From positions 343,163 to 407,162 of the forward strand of contig NW_027192207.1 of assembly GCF_041956535.1 (NCBI RefSeq): a DNA stretch of 64,000 nucleotides, written 5' to 3'. This stretch comes from Calcarisporiella thermophila CBS 279.70. Lineage: Eukaryota; Fungi; Calcarisporiellomycota. The notes beneath the pieces were generated by a model. That model had not been told where the DNA came from. It made no database searches and saw nothing but the letters and a program-made list of their open reading frames with translations. Numbering within the stretch: the stretch's first letter is position 1; the number at the start of each line of letters is the position of its first letter. Both the position numbers and the translations under genes were made by a program. Shown here in pieces: positions 26,660-37,818 of the stretch.

Positions 26660-27300
26660 AAAAGGTGCTTTCTCCTTGATTTTTTTTTCTTTTTATTTTT
26701 CTTCCTTTTCTTTTGGTTTTTCGGGTCTCTTCTATATTGCGTTTGCTTTCTTTTTTTTTCCAATGTTTTTTGGGGATTGGGATTTTTTTTCTTGTTGAAA
26801 GGTCTCATGTCATTCCCTCCTATCTCTCTTTAAGCTTACGCTTCCACTTTCTCTTGTGAAAATTCTTCTTTTATTTTCTTACATTTCTCTTTTTATTTCC
26901 GTCTGTGAACTCGTGTGAAAACGAAAAGTTGTTGTTTGAAAGATGGTCTCATGTTTCTCTGGTCTCTTCCCCTGTTTCTATTTTCCTTTTGATGTTTGTT
27001 GTGGTCTTATTGAAAATTTGGGGTGCTTTCTCTTTTTTCTTTTTTTTTCTTTTCTCTCCTCCCTTTCTTTCTCTTCTCTTTCTTTCTCTCTCTCTTGGTT
27101 ATGATATTTTCCCATTTAAAAAAATATAAAAAAAAAATTTATAACATGTTCCTATGTACTGAACTAAAATTAAACAGGCAACCAACGCACACAGCAGAAA
27201 TTTTCACAGAGTGGATAAACATAAGCACAAAACACAGAAAAAAAAAATAACCTAATCCACGACCCCAATGAAAATATATAGGGTCGGCAGAGGTGGCCCC

Positions 27301-27753
<453 letters not shown>

Positions 27754-27930
27754 GTTCAGTGAAATGAAATGAGTCCAAAAGAAAGAGGTTTTTTCAAGGA
27801 TCTGAGATGTCAAGCAGAAGTAAAATATAGAGTCATTCGAGTGACGTTGCTCGAATTGATTAATGAAATTGGGACTACCGCATTTATTCATAAGGTAGAC
27901 TATATGTGTTTGAATTCGTAAATCCAAGTA

Positions 27931-30202
27931 ATGGTGCGTGACCTAAACCATCCTCTTCCTACGAGCGGTCGCGGAAGCCGAGGAAAACGTGGCTCCCGTC
28001 GTCAGTTCCGCTTTACCTCCTTCCCTGCGTTCCCTCCTATTCAAACCACAAAACCGTCTTCGACTTATCTGAGATCGGACACATCGTACTTTCCTGGCTA
28101 CAAAGCAGGCGCCGAGGAGCTATTACCTGATGTGAGCCAGAGACGAATAGTATATTGAACATAGTTAAAATTTCAGCCTAACCCCTGCTCTATAATAATT
28201 TAGCCCGAGAAACAAGGTGATAATGTCATTATCATCCACCCCGGATCCCGCTACCTTCGGATCGGAAAGTCGAGCGACTATTCCCCTCGTGTAGTACCCC
28301 ATGCGATTGCTCGCAGGTTAAATACCCCCCTTGACACCATGGACGAAGACCATGCGTCTCCCGATGCAATGAAAACGACCGTCAAAAATGATGGCATCTC
28401 TCTAGTAGACCTGGAGATCAAACAACGTATGAAAGCGGCAAAGCGAAAGGCAGTGAGCAATGCCAATGCACAAGTTGTGGGCTTTAATAAAAGTGTGGAG
28501 CCGGAGATCATAGAGGACCACAATGATCCCTACAAGGTGGAATGGACGGATTTGGATGATTCTCCCGAATATCTTATAGGAGAAAAGGTAAAGTAGTTCT
28601 GGGCTGAATATACATTAAAGCTTCTCAAAATGTATATTTATTATCAAAATTCAATAGGCACTGCGGTTACCGGACACCGCGATGAATCGATACAAGCTAG
28701 TCTACCCGTTTAAACACGGAGGATTTAACGAGCATGATTATGACTCTGTTAAAGCCTTAATTGCAGACGTGGAGACAATATGGACGGAGGCGATTAAGGA
28801 AGAATTAGAGATTGATCCGAAAGATTTGAAGGTATATTTGTGATATGCCATATATTTTTATTTAACGTTTCGCTCATCTTAGCTGTTAATTAGAAATGTA
28901 ATGCCGTGCTGGTTATACCCGATCTGTATAATAAGTCGTATGTGTGCGAACTCATCACCTTACTCCTCCGTTACATCGGCTTCCAGGCCGTTCTTATCCA
29001 GCAAGAATCGGTGTGCGCGACATTTGGTGCCGGTATCTCTGCAGCTTGTGTTGTCGATATCGGAGCCCAAACCACATCTGTAGGGTGTGTGGAAGATGGA
29101 ATGTGTATTTCTGCATCACGGGTCTCGCTTACCTATGGAGGTGACGACATAACCCAATTTTTTGTAAATTTGTTGAAAAAGAACCAGTTTCCGTACGGTG
29201 AACTACAACTATCCCTACCCTATGGCTGGAAGCTAGCGGAGGAGCTGAAAGAACGGTTTTGTACCATCAACGAAGCAGAGATCAGTGTGCAAGTTGGCGA
29301 TTTTTATGTGCGTGTCCCAAGGCAACGCACACGTAAATATCAGTTTAAGCTATATGATGAGGTCATCAAAGCCCCACTGGTAATTTGGGTTTGAGTAGCT
29401 TTTATTTTCATTTTTAGTGTCTAATTTATTTTCTCTGTGTTTGCTTTATCAGTGCCTCTTCGTACCCCAGGTGATCGACTTTAAGAAAAAATTCGAGGGG
29501 CGCAGAGACCTTTTTTGCCCCTCTGTCGTGGACGATATTTTGGATGATGTTGACGATCCATTCGCCATAACCGGTCCTCCTACGGGAGCTCGTTATGGCC
29601 GCTTTACTTTTACACCCTCAATGACAGGCGTAGCTGCCACTATTGCCTCTCCTTATACAGCCTCCCCTCAAATGACTCCCATTCCGGCTAATGGCAACGG
29701 AGCTGGAGGCGAAGGTGGAAGTCGGGGAGGTACACCTGTACCACTTGCATTAAAGAACGAGGCCAATACCCTTGCAGCGCAATCACCCCCTTCCACTTCC
29801 GCTACAGCAGTATCTACTACCCCTACAGAGAGGCCAACGTTATCCTCCCTAGCCTGTCCACCACTTGCCCTCGACCACGCCGTTGTTCGTAGCATCCAGC
29901 ATGCAGTACAAGGCTTTGAAGAACGCGCCCACCGTTTCTACACCACGATTCTCCTTGTAGGCGGCGGGGGGATTATCCCGGGTTTCGATAGATTACTCCA
30001 AGAAAAGGTATTGGAAACAGCGGGGGTTGAACGAGTAGAGGTGGTGCAGCCACCGCGAGAAATGGATCCAAGGCTAGTAGTGTGGAAGGGAGCCTCTGTG
30101 CTAAGCAAACTGGAAACAGCACGGGAAATGTGGGTAGGCACGAAGGAGTGGGAAGAGATGGGTGCAAGAGCTCTAAAAGAGCGAGTTTTGTTTGTATGGT
30201 GA
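27931..30202 (+). CDS. ARP8: Actin-related protein 8 (INO80 complex)
   Basis: IIIHPGSRYLRIG, QESVCATFGAGISAACVVDIGAQTTSVGCVEDG, PPREMDPRLVVWKGASV. Five exons. Confidence 0.92.
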
Positions 30203-30733
30203 AACATGCATTTGGTTTGCAGGTCGTTTCGTTTATTTTCGAGAAACGCTCCATTTGTACTTTTATTACTTATGGTCACGGGTATATATGTATATATGTA
30301 TGTATATATCCTTTCCGTTAAACAAAAATAATTTACTCCGAAGGCGGTCTTGGTTTTTTTTTTTTGAACACTACAGCTCTTCACGGAGCAGCCTTCGTTC
30401 ATTATAGTAACACCCGGTGATTCGAGGGCCCTATTATGACCAAAGTTGATATACACTGAGGATCGAATAGGGATCAAATTAATTAGTTCTTATTGGGAAA
30501 TTGTTTAATTAGCCTAAAATCACAAATTGCCATTGTTTCTCAAGAGAACCTTGTTCCTTTGATCCTTCTTATGATTTAATGCCCATCCTCTTCTCTACAT
30601 TTCGCTACTGGCTGGATAGCCACCTACCGTTCATTACATACTGATTCTGCACTCTCATTCGGATACTAGCAAGAACTCGAATTAATCGATTGGATCCCGC
30701 GCCTCTCGATTTGATAATCAAATTCATTAAAAC

Positions 30734-31320
30734 ATGCCGTTCATTCGTACCTCCATTTTCACCAGCCTCCTTGCCCTCCTCCTCTTTATTACGATAACCT
30801 ATTCTGTGCCAATTAAACTCCCTGATCCTGTGAAAGCAACTGGTGCGTTCGAAGCTGCGATTAACACAACAAAAAAACCAAAAGAACTCCTCAACATGCT
30901 CACCTCGGAGCTCCTCCGTAATGGGAAGAAGAAGGGCCAAATATTCACGGGTCAAGGGACCTTTTATGATGTTGGTGCTGATGCTTGTGGATCCAAAAGC
31001 AAAAATTCAGATATGGTCGCAGCGCTGAATGCACCGCAATTTGGAAAAGGTGACACGACCAAAAATCGAAACTGCGGACGCCGTGTACTCATTTTTGGGC
31101 CAAAGGGCATGGTAGTCGTGAAGATTGTAGATTTGTGTCCTGGGTAAGCATCCTCTTCTATCACTTTTTATTACGATGAGGATTTTCAAAATACAGTTAT
31201 TAAATGGGTTGAATTCTACTTAGTTGTAAAAACGGAGATTTGGACCTCTCGCCGACAGCGTTCAAGAAAATCGCAAACTTATCTCAAGGACGAGTGCCCA
31301 TTAAGTGGAAATTTCTATAA
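30734..31320 (+). CDS. Secreted RlpA-like double-psi beta-barrel (expansin/loosenin-like) protein
   Basis: Signal peptide, GQGTFYDVGADACG, MVAALN, NCGR, IVDLCPG|CKNGDLDLSPTAF..GRVPIKW. One intron. Confidence 0.92.
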
Positions 31321-32651
31321 ATACTCTTCACTCTACCCATTGTATTGTTAGTCTCTGTTTATTTACCCTTAGCTGGATTTATTATGGATTTATATACATG
31401 ATATTTACATCTATTTTACTTTGGTAATATTCGGGCTATCGTTCCCTCCACTCCTTTAGTTCTATTCAAATCGCTCGATCATTCTGTTCAAACTTTCCCT
31501 AACATGGCTCACGAAACGATTAATCGACTTTGTCAATCCTCATCCATATTTATTTGCCGCGCAGATAATACATGGATATTCGTTGTACTAGCTTCTCTAA
31601 TGTCACTGTGTCTTATCATCATTGACCACTTATAATAAAATAAACTAGCTTTCCACGCTATTTCCTGAAATGCTACGGTGTGATGCGCTGAGATATTAAC
31701 AGCGGATCGATATAACAGATATTTCTGTCGAGCGTAGAAATTGATAATTCTGTTGGTATAAGAGATGTCGTCCTTTTTAATTTTATTGATTATTCATGAG
31801 AGTTAGTTTTTTTGTCTATAGGGCTAAATTCAATAGTAAATATTAAGGCAGCTATAAGCTTATAAACAACTTAGCAAAGCAAGTTTAAAAGGCTATTGCA
31901 TTTGCAATATTTAATCTTTAATATACCAAACGGAAGTAGGATCAAAGTGGTGTTGGGTGGTATTGCAATTTAGATTGGGCTCGAATAACCCTACAAAAAA
32001 CTGGACATATAAAACGTAAAAAAACGCCAGGCATAATGAATCCCGAACAAAAACCTCTGAGTGCTTATGTGTTTTTTCATCCTCTCCCATACATTCTATA
32101 TGCTCTTTTGTGTTTCCATTTTGGTATTATTATGTAGAGCCAATTATAAATAATTAACGAATTAATCGTAAATATTAAAATGGAATTAATGTAATTTTGA
32201 TACATACAGTAAATTATCTTTTATTGCTCTCCTTTCAGGTAGCACTTCCTGGCTGGTGTCTCCTCGGCCGTTTTTCTATACTGATTCCTCTTCTTCTGCC
32301 TCTGCCCATTGAATTGGTAATCTGTACATCTCTCCTCCTGTTTTGCTTTGGTGATATATACATCCTAGACATTCTGCCATTTCACGCACTTCGCTTCGAA
32401 TAATCTCTCTTGAATTAGTGGGTGATACTCCGATATTCACTTCAGGGCAAATGTATCTCTCCATAGCCCTCCAACTCCGTAAAGTTAGTTTGACCAGGCT
32501 GGATCGCTGTAACAACGTGCGCTGGCGATAAGCGGGAAGAGGTTAGAGCCTACTCACTTAGACGCGGCTTCAACAAAGAGTCGTCTGGTCTATCTCTTTT
32601 ATAAGTATGTTCTTGCAGGCAGTGTCTCTATACTACCCAACATTGGAAGAT

Positions 32652-32770
32652 TTACTCAATTATCTGGCCAACCTCTATCGTAGCCAGGTAAGTAGGTATG
32701 AACAAACGGAACCACTTCACGAGTGAGCACTGGCAACCCAGAATAAAGTTCTGGAACCTGACCATCCAGT
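32652..32770 (+). pseudogene. Isolated degenerate TPR repeat
   Basis: LLNYLANLYRSQVSRYEQTEPLHE*ALATQNKVLEPDHP follows the NLR TPR consensus also seen at 39391-39600. Confidence 0.8.
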
Positions 32771-32868
32771 CAAGAAATCTACGCCCAAAGTTATGAGCTC
32801 TCAAATTTTGCTCTAAATACTGAAGATTTATTATTACCTGGCATACTGACTATACCATTAGTCTTTAC

Positions 32869-32925
32869 CAATCAAGTTTCATAATTTTTATAGTATTCTA
32901 CCTGATTCTTTGTGGAATCTCTCAT
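32869..32925. repeat. Dispersed 57-bp repeat, copy 2 (inverted)
   Basis: See 8327-8383. Confidence 0.75.
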
Positions 32926-33337
32926 TTAGGCATTTTGTGCCAAAAATCTTGTGATATATATCAACTTTTCATATTGAGAGCATACATTTTCATGTATCAT
33001 TTGAGTATTTAAAAATATTCAAATGAAATAAATGCACTGTAAAAGCAATTCAAGGTCTGATCGTCTCGCTCTCCTTAGTGCTCTTAAGGGTAATCGTCAG
33101 AAATTGCACTGGGCCAGGATATTGCAAAACATATTACACATAATCTACAGATTTTATAGTCAAAAATGAAATCAGTGAGAGAGTCAGCGTTAAAGTAAAT
33201 ATCAACATACAAAAAGTATCTTACTCAGTTTCTGTGCGCATATATAGGAGCTGCTACACTTCATCGAAGCTGAATGCTGGAATACGGATATGAAAAATCG
33301 ATTTGCAGAGTTTAAAGCCAAAATCTATGTCATTCCT

Positions 33338-34230
33338 TTAACGTTTGTGCCATTTACGAGCATGATCTTCCTCGATATGCGTTACTAAGTTATAGTAATC
33401 TCCAAATACTGCGTGACATTTAGGGCAGTTTAGTTCTTCCATGTCTGGTGGTGACGAACCAGACTCTGATGACTCCTGTTATCAGGTATATAAGTTGTCA
33501 ATGTATATAGCTTGGAATTTAAAACAATCATATACTTGTGAAAGAGTGTCATCGATCGTATTAAGTCTCAGTTTAAAACCTGGCAAGACATCGCCACCGC
33601 TAAGAGTATTCCAGGGGAGCAGTGTGCGGCGCACATCTCCATTAATTTCCCTCTGGAATGTGTATACTTTTTTTACTCCTAGGGTCAATTAACCAGCCTA
33701 ACTTAACGCCCGCAGGGAAATAGGATTCCTTGAACTTTCGAGTGAGGTCAGTAAGCTTTGATGGAAATGAGATATTCTCAACTTCGACCACGAAAATAGG
33801 ACTAAAGGGTTCTCCTCGAAATGTCCAGACTTGTGTTTCGGATAATGGACGGTATATATCCTTAGGGGTAAAGGCCACATCTGGTGCTTTAATTTCCCTG
33901 CCTCTTAAAATACTCAGATTGAATCCACCCTGGGATGAAGTTATTACTCCATTTTGGCGGTATAAAACATTCCAATACCCCATTTGTCGAACTATCTCCG
34001 CTACTACAGCTTCTTTTCCGATAGGAGTTCGGGGTATGTGAATGAGCCTCCCCTCATGATCTTGTTCAAAATGACTAATCGGGGCACCTTCAATTTCTAT
34101 TTCATGAGACTTGAGCCAGTCTTTGTATTTTGCTCAAATTCTTCAAAAGTATAGATGCGATCAGGATGGTAGTTCTTGATCAGTTTCCTGATTTCGTTTT
34201 TCTGCAAAGGCATCATTCCACTTGATTAAC
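33338..34230 (-). pseudogene. Uma2-family PD-(D/E)xK endonuclease with C-terminal C2H2 finger, two frameshifts
   Basis: SSQGGF..APDVAF..PIFVVEV..GVKLGWLIDP..GGDVLPGFKL. After one intron comes CPKCHAVFGDYYNLVTHIEEDH. Frameshifts near 34130 and 33670; start not located. Confidence 0.82.
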
Positions 34231-35030
34231 TATTTGTAGAGCAGAATATAAAGAAATGTCTAAACATCAAACACAATCTTAGTTGAAAATATTTAAAGCC
34301 GTTAATATGGCCTAATTATTCTAAATTACATCACCCATTAATATACTGTATAAATTTACAAAATAAAGGGTAATGATTCAATATGTATTATCCAATATCT
34401 ATATCTAATAGAATTTTACGTGAATTATTGTATAATCCATAAGGATTTTTTCATCCTCTAATACTACACTCTTTGTTTTATTTAGAAATTAGTCTATTTA
34501 TATAGAATTCTATGGGATGCTATTGGGTTTAACTGTCTTCATACTAGTGGACCTTTATATAGTTTTTCATTACGCAAGAACTCTGCAAATACACATCCTT
34601 GATTGCATCGTATTGGTTTTCTCTTTGTAAGAAATCATTGCATGCTCTAGAAAACTCGTATTTAATGAAGAAATGGCAACGAAAAATTTTCTACCTTATC
34701 TCCACCTATTTTTTCTACCTAGTCACTCCTGTAAAATCATCGATCTTAATTATTATAACCCTATTTACATTTTATTGCCTAATAAATTAAAATAGAATGC
34801 GGGCTACATCAGCAATCCATGCTTCACGATGATGAGGCCGTTTTATTGGACAAATATTCTTAATGGTTTGTCTTCAAAAGTACTAGTCTTGATATTAATA
34901 TTTGAAATAAATACGCGTATATTTAAATATATTGAATGAAAAATTTTACTCTTAGAATTCTATATTGACCATACATGCTGTCTTTCTCCACCCCAATCTT
35001 TTCGTGATTGTATGCTAGCCAAGCTTTTAT

Positions 35031-36253
35031 TCAATGCTGGGATATCGGCGTTTCAGGCTGATCGTGGGTTGCACAATGAATTCCACCGCCACCCGAAGCT
35101 AGAGTATCAATTTCTACCGGAACAATATCTCGACCTGGGTAGCACTCTCGAAGGATCTGTTGTGCTCGCTTGTCGGCCTCTTCGTCCCCGAATTGGGGCA
35201 CAATCACTGCTCCATTGGCAACATAGTAGTTCACGTAGGATGCTAAGAATTCCGCTCCACGGCCTCTAATTTTTTTGCGATCCGGCTCGAACAATTCGAT
35301 GATCTTCAGCGGAGAGCCGCGAACATCCGTGGCTGACTGGAGAACTTTCTTGGCTTGGTCAGAAGAGCGAGACCATACATCAGGAGGTGAGCCGGGAGCT
35401 GGTCTATTCAGAATCACCACCCCAGGGGCAACGAACCGAACTAATGCGTCTACATGCGCGTCTGTAATATCTTTTCCGCGTACACCTTGCAGCCAAATCA
35501 CTTTCTTGATTCCAAGGACCCTCTTCAAATCTTGCTCAATCTCGTCCCGACTGCGACCTGGATTCCGATTATCATTGACCACTGAGCTTTCGGTAATCAA
35601 GAGCGTGCCTTGCCCATCTGTCTCCAAAGAGCCCCCTTCGGATACAATAGGAGCTTGTATGCGTGGTATCGCGTACTTGGCGAGAATCGTACGGGCGACT
35701 TGAGCATCGTTGGCATGTTTTTGCTTCTTTCCCCACCCATTGAAGTTAAAATCGATCCCAACCACTTTGTGTGCTTCCTCTGCGAACACAGGTGCAGTGT
35801 CTCTAGCCCAGAGATCGTCGACCATGGCTGAGATGACCTCAATTTCAGTGCCTAAAACGCTTTTAGCCTTTTGGGCCTGATCGGGATGAGCCAAAACAAC
35901 CACTGGCTCATATTTGGCGATAGCACGTGCAATCTGGGCAATGTCATTTCTCACATCAGGAAGCTCGTAGCCCCAAATGGATTGCGATGCTGGCCACACC
36001 ATGAATGTTCGCGCATGCTTTTCCCATTCCGCAGGCAGTCTACGCAACGTCGTGCTATTCGAGATGCTGTTGTCAGATAGCGATTGGGATGGAGTCTGAC
36101 CTGTCATTTCTGAAAAAAGGAACAATGAATAAACATTCATTTCAAGTTATTGAGAGAAGCCCCTTGGAAATAAACCTAACCTAGAGGATATTTACCAGGT
36201 TTAGCAAACACGGCCGCGAGGGTGAGTACAAGAAAAGAAGAGAAAAACTTCAT
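35031..36253 (-). CDS. Secreted agmatine deiminase / peptidylarginine deiminase (PAD_porph family)
   Basis: Exon 1 MKFFSSFLVLTLAAVFAKP, intron about 36110-36195, then LPAEWE, DDLWARD, FNFNGWG, EGGSLETDG, DAHVD, SYVNYY and GGGGIHCATHDQP with catalytic Asp, His, Asp and Cys intact. Confidence 0.93.
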
Positions 36254-36311
36254 TTACTGGCGTCTTTAGAGGTCCAGATATTGCAGGCAGCCGGACTTTG
36301 CGGTAAACCGA

Positions 36312-36321
36312 CCTTTATATA
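36312..36321 (-). promoter_or_regulatory. Candidate TATA box of the deiminase gene
   Basis: TATATAAAG on the minus strand about 60 nt upstream of the ATG at 36253. Confidence 0.4.
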
Positions 36322-37818
36322 TTGTCGAGGGTTGCGTGAAAAGAAAATTCTTCGACGACGATGTTTTCGATGATTATCCGTTTCGATTTGGTTTCTGCGC
36401 AACACTTCATCACTGCCAAGATGCAAGCCAATTAAAGCCTAAATCACAGTTACACCAATTTCCATCCTTGTTATATATTAATTAAAAAAATACCACTGGC
36501 CCCGAGAATTTGACAAGAAACCCTTTTTCTAGTTCATTGGCCACATGCTTGCACTGGCTAAGCGGGCACGAAAACAAGCAGAACAATAGAACAAAGGGAA
36601 AATCGCCTATTCGGTACTCTCCACGGGCAATTTAAGAGATGAGCGGCTCGATGCTGCTCGGCCGCTTTTTGCCGGTCAATCTTACGACATAAATAATGAC
36701 AAGCTTAGTCAGATCGAACTACTTCCAAGCATGTCTTGGGGATTTGTGGGAGAGGTGAGGCCGTTCCACGTGGATGTCGCCCAAGTCCACAATGGTTTAG
36801 TCAGTCTATGCAAGAAACTTGGTAAGGACAATCGATCTAAAGCCTCTTAGAATCGAATACTTTAAATCGGGAAGAGCTTATTGCACTTGAGCTCCCTTTT
36901 TTAATTCTGGCATTCCTGAGCGAGTTGGGCTTTTTGGTCTGGTCAGTCACAAGCGCTCTTATGGCCAAGGTTTGTGTATGTTTATAGGTTATAAGTGTAT
37001 GTGCATGATGACCAGGTCGCTTTCAATTTCTATTGTACTTGTTGTAAAAAATTATTGCTTAACCCTCTGTGCTGCTAGCCTAACTACTATGGGAAATTAA
37101 TAACTTTGTTCATTAGCTTATTAATCTTTGTTATCATGCCGAATTTAAATTTTGACTTATATGACTTTCATTCTATAAAGTTTCAAAGCATCAATCAACC
37201 TACATTTTATTTAGAAGCATTTTTAACTGATTTTATTGCTACATTATCTATTTTCGAGGTAGCTAGGAAGGAGGGTACGAGGGAAATTGCTTTATAATCT
37301 TTTCGAGAACCAAGGATCCTCTATCATTTTTTCGTGAGAATTTTCAGGCAATCTAATGTTGGCGCGAAAGCTTTAGGTGCATTCATACTTAGGTTATTGC
37401 AAGAGAAAGATCTTTCTAATCTATAAGAGAACAAACTTAGGAGATATTCCAGCTCTATTTACGTGAGAGAGTCTCTTAGTAGCTACATTAAAATAGGCTT
37501 AAAAGAGTACAGTACAATTACTGCACTGCACTGAATTTATAAAAAGTCGATTACCAAATAGCTCGTTTTTTCTTCAGGAGTAATAAAAATACCAGGTAAT
37601 GCCAGCTCGAAAATGGAATAACTTTATTCTTACATAAAAAGGATAAAATAAAAAGCTGCAACCTAGTGACGCTAAAAAGGCTTGCAAAATAAATGTTATA
37701 CATCAAAGCAACTTCTATTACAATATTTGAATTAATTGAGTTAATTGGGACATATATTTCGTGAAGTAAAATACAGCTGTAGAGTGTATTCTACGAATGC
37801 CAGCACATATTTGACTAA

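Noticed and set aside
32230-32520. Short ORFs that could be the missing NLR effector or a TE fragment
   Set aside because: No recognisable domain and no amyloid-like C-terminus in the frames read.
32722-32727. In-frame TGA as selenocysteine
   Set aside because: It lies at an Arg position of a decayed TPR and no SECIS was seen.
36330-37810. Expected site of an adjacent amyloid-motif effector gene
   Set aside because: No credible coding sequence or matching motif was found.
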